A stretch of DNA of 62,304 bases from an uncultured Alphaproteobacteria bacterium (GTDB lineage: Bacteria; Pseudomonadota; Alphaproteobacteria; JAPULJ01), in NCBI GenBank assembly GCA_964494065.1, contig CAZBRE010000005.1:1-62304 (forward strand), written 5' to 3'. Positions 52,293-62,304 of the stretch are shown here, piece after piece. Both the position numbers and the translations under genes were made by a program. Positions within the stretch are counted from its first letter, which is position 1, and each line of letters begins with the position of its first letter. The notes beneath the pieces are model-generated. The model did not search any database, was not told the origin of the DNA, and was given only the letters and a program-made list of their open reading frames with translations.

Positions 52293-53471
52293 CTAGCGAC
52301 TCAGCTCGCGCATCGCCCGGTCGAGGCCTTCGAGGGTCAGCGGGAACATGCGCCCGTCCATGAGCTGCGAAAGCATGTCGATCGACGGCGTGTATTTCCA
52401 GTACTTCTCCGGCACCGGATTGAGCCAGACCGCCCGCGGATAGACCTGTGTCAGACGCCGCATCCAGACCTCGCCCGGCTCCGGATTGAAGTGCTCGACG
52501 CTGCCGCCCGGGTAGACGATCTCGTAAGGGCTCATCGACGCATCGCCGACGAACACGACCTTGTAGTCTGCCGGATAGGTGTGGAGCACCTGATAGGTGT
52601 CGATCCGCTCGGCATGGCGGCGCCGGTTGTCGCGCCAGACCGCCTCATAGGGGCAGTTGTGGAAGTAGTAGTATTCCAGGTGCTTGAACTCGGTCCGCGC
52701 CGCCGAGAAGAGCTCCTGGCAGACCCGGACATGGGGGTCCATCGAGCCACCCGCATCGAGGAACAGCAGCACCTTCACCGCGTTGTGACGCTCGGGCACC
52801 ATGCGAATGTCGAGCCAGCCCTGCTTGGCGGTCGCATGGATCGTATCGGGCAGATCGAGCTCGGTCGGCGCACCCTCGCGCGCAAAGCGCCGCAGACGCC
52901 GCAACGCGACCTTGATGTTGCGGGTGCCGATCTCCACCGAATCGTCGAGGTTCTTGTATTCGCGCTTGTCCCACACCTTGACCGCGCGGCCCTCCCGGCC
53001 CTCCTCCTGACCGATTCGCACACCCTCGGGATTGTAGCCGTAGGCGCCGTAAGGCGAGGTGCCCGCGGTGCCGATCCATTTGCTGCCGCCTTCGTGCCGG
53101 CCCTGCTGCTCTTCCAGACGCTTTTTCAGCGTCTCCATGAGCTTCTCCCAGCCGCCGAGCGCCTCGATCTCGGCTTTCTCTTCGTCGGTCAGCGTCTTCT
53201 CGGCCAGGGCTTTCAGCCATTCCTCGGGAACGTCTTCGACCCCGAAGATGTCGGACAGATACTCCAGCCCCTTGAAGACGTGCCCGAAGACCTGATCGAA
53301 CTTGTCGAGATTGCGCTCGTCCTTCACCAACGCCGAACGTGAGAGGTAGTAGAACTCGTCGACCGAGTAGCTGGCGATCCCGAGCTTCACCGCTTCCAAA
53401 AGGGTCAGGTACTCGCGGAGCGAGACCGGCACCCGCGCCTTGCGTAGCTCGAGGAAGAGGTCGACGAACAT
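52293..53471 (-). CDS. VWA-domain protein (CoxE-like)
   Basis: MIDAS-like DAGGSMD, YYYFHNC, VGDASMSPYE. Confidence 0.88.
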   Translation of the reverse strand: MFVDLFLELRKARVPVSLREYLTLLEAVKLGIASYSVDEFYYLSRSALVKDERNLDKFDQVFGHVFKGLEYLSDIFGVEDVPEEWLKALAEKTLTDEEKAEIEALGGWEKLMETLKKRLEEQQGRHEGGSKWIGTAGTSPYGAYGYNPEGVRIGQEEGREGRAVKVWDKREYKNLDDSVEIGTRNIKVALRRLRRFAREGAPTELDLPDTIHATAKQGWLDIRMVPERHNAVKVLLFLDAGGSMDPHVRVCQELFSAARTEFKHLEYYYFHNCPYEAVWRDNRRRHAERIDTYQVLHTYPADYKVVFVGDASMSPYEIVYPGGSVEHFNPEPGEVWMRRLTQVYPRAVWLNPVPEKYWKYTPSIDMLSQLMDGRMFPLTLEGLDRAMRELSR

Positions 53472-53486
53472 CGCCGGGTCACCCGT

Positions 53487-54332
<846 letters not shown>

Positions 54333-54457
54333 GCTGAGTATCCAGCCTCGATTGGGGCAAAAGGGGGTCGGCGTCGCCGCTGGGGAAGATTGCGAGGGAC
54401 TTTAGAGCAACGGCCCGATTGAGCAAACCCACCGCGCAGCGCCGAAAATGCCGCCGC

Positions 54458-55180
54458 TTACGCGGCGCCGTAGCCGCCACGGACCGCCCGCACGACCGCC
54501 GCCATGTGAAACGCGCCGGCCTCCTGGGGATAGGCATGGTCACGCCCGATCGGACAGGCCCGCCGCGCCAAGCAACCCCGCTCCTGGCAATTGGTTCCGG
54601 CGAGGCTGTCTACATGGTTCACGCAAGCTTGGGCATCGAAGCGGGTCGGCTTGAACGCATCCGCCGGGCAAACCTTGAGGCAGGGCCTAGCTGTGCAGGA
54701 ATCGCATGGGCTGGGCGCCTCTGTCCGGGGCGGTAATGGGATCTGCTCCTTAAAGAGCAGCGCCGCGCGATAGACGTGCCATAGGCCGAAGACGGGATGG
54801 ATCAGAATGCCGATGGGCGAGCGATAGACCGGCTCGGCGCGCATCGCCCAGTCCTGGATCGGCGGAAAGTCCGGTCCGCGGTTTGGCAGAACGAGGGTTC
54901 CACCCACTTTCGACGCCAAACGGTCGAGGATCGGATTGAGCCAACGATCCAGCGGATCGGGTATCGTGCGGTCCGGCACCGCAGCCGTGAAGGTCCGCCA
55001 CAATGCCGGACCGGCATTTCCGATCAGGACGACCGTCCCGGCCTTGGCGCCGTCTTGCAGTGGCGGGACGTCATCGTCCGGCTGGGCATGAAATCCGCCA
55101 CGGTAGACCAGCCCGGTTCCGTCCAGCGTCTCGGCGATCGCAGAGAGAAGCGGCGTCGTCTTTTCGCTGTTCTGACCCAC
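54458..55180 (-). CDS. Iron-sulfur protein with QueG/CblC-like features
   Basis: SPIGILIHPVFGLW; eight Cys in CDSCTARPCLKVCP...C...C...GCLARRACP. Confidence 0.7.
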   Translation of the reverse strand: MGQNSEKTTPLLSAIAETLDGTGLVYRGGFHAQPDDDVPPLQDGAKAGTVVLIGNAGPALWRTFTAAVPDRTIPDPLDRWLNPILDRLASKVGGTLVLPNRGPDFPPIQDWAMRAEPVYRSPIGILIHPVFGLWHVYRAALLFKEQIPLPPRTEAPSPCDSCTARPCLKVCPADAFKPTRFDAQACVNHVDSLAGTNCQERGCLARRACPIGRDHAYPQEAGAFHMAAVVRAVRGGYGAA

Positions 55181-55194
55181 CCGGGTTGCGCGAA

Positions 55195-57849
<2,655 letters not shown>

Positions 57850-58007
57850 GGCAAGCTATCTAGGAAGGCTCCAAGCCGGCGGAAAGACCGGTCGCGCGCC
57901 GCATCCCGGCGCCGCGCCACGTGGCCGATCCCTGTTTATCCCCTGCCCGGTCGAGTGTCTACCGACACGCCGATCAGGTCGGCAGGCCTCGCTCCAAAAG
58001 CCCAAGG

Positions 58008-58038
58008 AAAAGGGCGCGCACCCTAAGCTGCGCGCCCT
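58008..58038 (-). terminator. Probable terminator after recA
   Basis: AGGGCGCGCA-n8-TGCGCGCCCT followed by TTT on the minus strand. Confidence 0.6.
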
Positions 58039-58086
58039 CAATCCACCCGCTCCTAACTCCGCCCGGCCGCCCGAGCGCTGTTTCCT

Positions 58087-59208
<1,122 letters not shown>

Positions 59209-59300
59209 GGAATATCCCTCTTATTTCACAGGGCCTGGGGCGATGCAACGCGGGCCCTTGATGGCGTTCGAATGGTTGTTCTTGTACCCTTAATGTTCTT

Positions 59301-59326
59301 GTTCTGCAAGTGTTCTTTTTGCGTTT
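59301..59326. promoter_or_regulatory. Alphaproteobacterial LexA (SOS) box over the recA -35
   Basis: GTTC-TGCAAGT-GTTC (59301-15) plus a degenerate third unit GTTT at 59323; minus-strand TTGCAG-N17-TACAAG promoter. Confidence 0.8.
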
Positions 59327-59460
59327 TGTTCTTCTCGCGCAAATTCCCCAAGCGGGCTTGCGATGCCAGCCGACCCATTCATAATGCGGCGAAGAGCAAC
59401 GGGTCCCGCGTCGGTGTGTCGTCCACGCCGCGCGCCCAAAGCACAGCAATCGGCACGCCC

Positions 59461-60123
59461 GTGAGACGCCCGCCCCGAGAACTTCAGGTGTTCAGCCTGT
59501 CTGCACTCGACCTTTTTGCGTCGGCCATGGGGACGTTCATTCTGATCTCGATCGTGCTGTTCCCCTACTACCTCAAGAACCAGACGCTGATCCGGTCGAT
59601 GCAAAAGCAGTCGGGTGTGGTGGAGGCCCTGAAGCGGCGGATCAAATCAGCCGAAGGTCAAGAGCGCGCCGCCCGTGCTGCGGCCGCCAAGGCGCGCGCC
59701 GAAGCTGAGAAAGCGCGCGCGCGGATACCGAAGTCCGGCGGCGTGATGAAGCTGCCCAAGGGCGGCGAGAAATCCAAATCGCTCGATTTCGCCAAGGGCT
59801 GCTGGCGCACCGACCCGTTTCGTCACAGCCCACGCCACAAGCCTGGGGTCTCGCAATACTGCTTCGACACGGACGGCAAGGGCAACCTGATGTATTTCCG
59901 CACGACGGAGGCCTTTGCCTGCGCGACCTACGCCACGATCACGCGCGAGGGCGAGCGGATTACCATCCAGGACTCCGATGCCCGCTGCAACATCGACCAA
60001 AAGGACAAGGGGATCTGGACGGCCGACAAGCTTGATTGCGCCCCGGATACCTCCGGCGTGATCTGGTGCGAAGGGGCGTCGGGCTCGGGCTCGACCTGGC
60101 GGGTGAGGCTCTATCGGCAATGA
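59461..60123 (+). CDS. ExbD/MotB-like Asp-TM + coiled coil + six-Cys beta-domain protein, paralogue 1
   Basis: GTG start; ELQVFSLSALDLFASAMGTFILISIVLFPYY; AK-rich helix; GCWRTD...YCFD domain (the ORF-track 5' extension is antisense to recA). Confidence 0.8.
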   Translation: MRRPPRELQVFSLSALDLFASAMGTFILISIVLFPYYLKNQTLIRSMQKQSGVVEALKRRIKSAEGQERAARAAAAKARAEAEKARARIPKSGGVMKLPKGGEKSKSLDFAKGCWRTDPFRHSPRHKPGVSQYCFDTDGKGNLMYFRTTEAFACATYATITREGERITIQDSDARCNIDQKDKGIWTADKLDCAPDTSGVIWCEGASGSGSTWRVRLYRQ

Positions 60124-60800
60124 AATACAGAGACCGCACCCTTACCGTGTTCTCGGTGTCCGCGCTCGATCTTTTTGCTTCGGCGATGGGCACGTTCATC
60201 CTGATCGCGATCGTGCTCTTCCCCTACTACCTCAACACCAAGGACGCGGCCGCAGCCGCCAAGCAGCAGGCTGCTGAGATCGAGGCGCTGCAGCGCAAGG
60301 CCGCGCTGGCAAAGGCGCGCGCCGCCAAAGCGAAACGCGAAGCGGCCAAGGCAAAGGCTGAGGCCGAGCGAGCCAAGCGGGCGGCCCAGGCCGCCGAAAA
60401 GAAAGGCAGCGGGACCATGAAGGCGCCCAAGAGCCAAGGCGACAAAACGCTCAAGTTCGCCATCGGCTGTTGGCGCACCGATCCCTTTCGGCATAGCGCC
60501 AGGCAGCTACCAGGCATCGCGCAATACTGCTTCGATAAGGACGGCAAAGGCACGATGGTCTTTTATCGCCAGGGCCGGCGCGAGATGTGCGGGTCCTTCG
60601 CGACCATCAAGCGCAACGGCGCGCTCATCCTGATCGACGACTCCGATTCGCGCTGCCACAGTGGCTCGCGCGACAATGGCGGCTGGTGGGCCGACCACCT
60701 GACCTGCCGGCCCAATCCCGCCGGCGAGGTGATCTGCCAGGGCGAGTCGCGGATCGGCACGCGGGTGGATCGCTGGCAGGTTCGCCTACACCGCCAATAG
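60120..60800 (+). CDS. ExbD/MotB-like Asp-TM + coiled coil + six-Cys beta-domain protein, paralogue 2
   Basis: ATGA overlap with paralogue 1; TLTVFSVSALDLFASAMGTFILIAIVLFPYY; same domain order. Confidence 0.8.
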   Translation: MKYRDRTLTVFSVSALDLFASAMGTFILIAIVLFPYYLNTKDAAAAAKQQAAEIEALQRKAALAKARAAKAKREAAKAKAEAERAKRAAQAAEKKGSGTMKAPKSQGDKTLKFAIGCWRTDPFRHSARQLPGIAQYCFDKDGKGTMVFYRQGRREMCGSFATIKRNGALILIDDSDSRCHSGSRDNGGWWADHLTCRPNPAGEVICQGESRIGTRVDRWQVRLHRQ

Positions 60801-60836
60801 TGCGGACCAGCCGTAGCAGCGAACCAGCCCGGGACT

Positions 60837-61298
60837 TTAGACCGTGTAGGTGAGCGGCAATGCGGTCGTCGACTTGATCTTTTCCATCGCGAAGCTCGAG
60901 CTCACATCGGCCAGGTCGGCAGCCTTGATCAAACGCTTGTAGACTGCGTCATAGCCGGCGATGTCAGGCACGACCACCCGCAGCAAATAGTCGATGTCGC
61001 CGCTCATGCGATAGAACTCGACGACCTCGTCGATCTCGGAGATCGCCTTGGCGAACTGCTCAAGCCATTCGTAGTTGTGCTGATTGGTCTTGATCCGGAC
61101 GAAGACCGTCGTGCCGACGTTGAGCTTCTCGGCATCGAGCAGTGCGACCCGGCCCTTGATCACGCCGGCCTTCTCCAGGTTCTGCACCCGGCGCCAACAG
61201 GGCGTCTGCGACAGCCCGGCTATCTCCGCCAGTTCGGCGAGCGACCGGGACCCATCCTCCTGGAGAGAGCGTAGAATTTTCCTATCGATGTCATCCAT
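60837..61298 (-). CDS. Lrp/AsnC-family regulator (DecR/YbaO-like)
   Basis: IDRKIL...LSQTPCWRRVQNLE...VALLD...YRMSGDIDYLL...YKRL...VSSSFAME. Confidence 0.92.
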   Translation of the reverse strand: MDDIDRKILRSLQEDGSRSLAELAEIAGLSQTPCWRRVQNLEKAGVIKGRVALLDAEKLNVGTTVFVRIKTNQHNYEWLEQFAKAISEIDEVVEFYRMSGDIDYLLRVVVPDIAGYDAVYKRLIKAADLADVSSSFAMEKIKSTTALPLTYTV

Positions 61299-61437
61299 AG
61301 GATTTTTTATCTGATATTGTATTTATTATAGATTAATTTACTACTATTCGGAACGGATGCGCAAGAATCAAGAACCAAATTTTATAGAGTTAACGCTAGA
61401 CTCCATGTCATCAGGTCAGGCGATGGAGCTTCGGTCA

Positions 61438-61716
61438 ATGTTGAGGCGGCTTTTTGTCGAGCACCCCGAATCGGTCGGGGAAACCTACAGTGAGCACCTG
61501 TCGGTGGCGTCCTGGTATGGCGTGCGCCTGCTGGGTGCGGGCTTGGCCTGCATGGTCCATGCGGTGCTGCCCTGTCTGTTCGTTCGGACCGGAAGCGCCA
61601 CGATCGAGCGCCTGCACGGCCATATGACGGGCCGCCTCGGCCCCCTCGCTACGAACACGGAAACGGACCGCACCACTGGCGCCAGCGTCGCTGGCGTGCC
61701 CGTGAAGGAAGGCTGA
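61438..61716 (+). CDS. Small conserved protein (DUF6356-like)
   Basis: LFVEHPESVGETYSEH...ACMVHAVLPCLFVRTGS; GGAG before ATG 61438. Confidence 0.75.
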   Translation: MLRRLFVEHPESVGETYSEHLSVASWYGVRLLGAGLACMVHAVLPCLFVRTGSATIERLHGHMTGRLGPLATNTETDRTTGASVAGVPVKEG

Positions 61717-61728
61717 GCGCCACCTGCT

Positions 61729-62304
61729 CTAGTTGGTGCAGATCAGCGTCCACTCGTAGCCGGTGGTATTCGGCGCAATCGTTTTCTTGTGGAACCAAAC
61801 CAACCGCGCGCCCGTGCCGCGCAGCCGGCCGGTTGCATGCGCGAAGTTGCGCGAGCGCACCCAGCGGCGGATCGCGCCCGGCTGCCCCTGAGCACCCCAC
61901 CGAAGCCCGCCTCCGCGCGCGTAGACATAGATCACCCGGTTCGTCGTTGGCAGGCGGCGAACCCGTCGGCCTCCGCGCTCGACCCGAAGCCAGCCGCGCG
62001 TAATCCATCGGCCCGATGCGCTTCGCACCCGATAAGCCACGTAGATGGCGCTGACCCGGTTGCATTTGTTGATCACAGTGAGGGTGTAGCGGCCGCTGCC
62101 CTGTTGGCGCCTATTGGCCTCTTGTTGGCGACGAAGCGCCTCCTGCTCGCGTCGAAGGGCCTCTTGTTCACGCTTGCGCGCCTCGGCCGATTCGCGCTGA
62201 CGAGCCGCCTCCGCCCGCTTGCGCGCAGCTTCGCGACCTTGTGTCTCGGCCTGCTCGCGTTTGCGGCGCTCGGTTTCCTGGGCACGCTTGAGCGCCTCTT
62301 CGGC
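61729..62304 (-). CDS. 3' part of a coiled-coil protein with a C-terminal DUF1036-like domain (start lies outside the window)
   Basis: Frame open from 62304: AEEALKRAQETERRKREQ...RRQQGSGRYTLTVINKC...WITRGW...IYVYA...WG...TLICTN*. Confidence 0.75.
   Translation of the reverse strand, partial: AEEALKRAQETERRKREQAETQGREAARKRAEAARQRESAEARKREQEALRREQEALRRQQEANRRQQGSGRYTLTVINKCNRVSAIYVAYRVRSASGRWITRGWLRVERGGRRVRRLPTTNRVIYVYARGGGLRWGAQGQPGAIRRWVRSRNFAHATGRLRGTGARLVWFHKKTIAPNTTGYEWTLICTN

Overview
GC-rich chromosomal backbone of an alphaproteobacterium, probably Rhodospirillales-like (inferred from gene order and protein style). Housekeeping blocks: ihfA/fabH/plsX/rpmF, hppA, the rpiB-glyA-nrdR-ribD-ribE-ribB-ribH-nusB-thiL run, icmF, hemB, icd and recA-alaS, plus tRNA-Pro(GGG) and tRNA-Gln(CTG). 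I found no CRISPR array, IS element, integrase or prophage. The interesting material lies between the core genes. (1) Next to recA, a coupled pair of paralogues each has an ExbD/TolR/MotB-like Asp-containing membrane anchor, an Ala/Lys coiled coil and a six-Cys beta domain, with no MotA/ExbB partner in the window. (2) After tRNA-Gln, a TonB/TolA-like SxxxH protein has a non-TonB C-terminal domain. (3) A FecR-domain protein is fused to a CWVAR-box C-terminal module. (4) A Cys-rich MarR gene is divergent from an RpoH-family sigma factor, with two visible operators over a sigma70 promoter. (5) A 50-aa zinc-ribbon gene behind a divergent infA is missing from the ORF track. (6) Several regulatory sites can be read directly: a ROSE thermometer, and sigma32-, LexA-, CtrA-, LiuR-, LysR- and Fur-family-like boxes. 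All family names come from recognising sequence motifs by eye; no database search was run.
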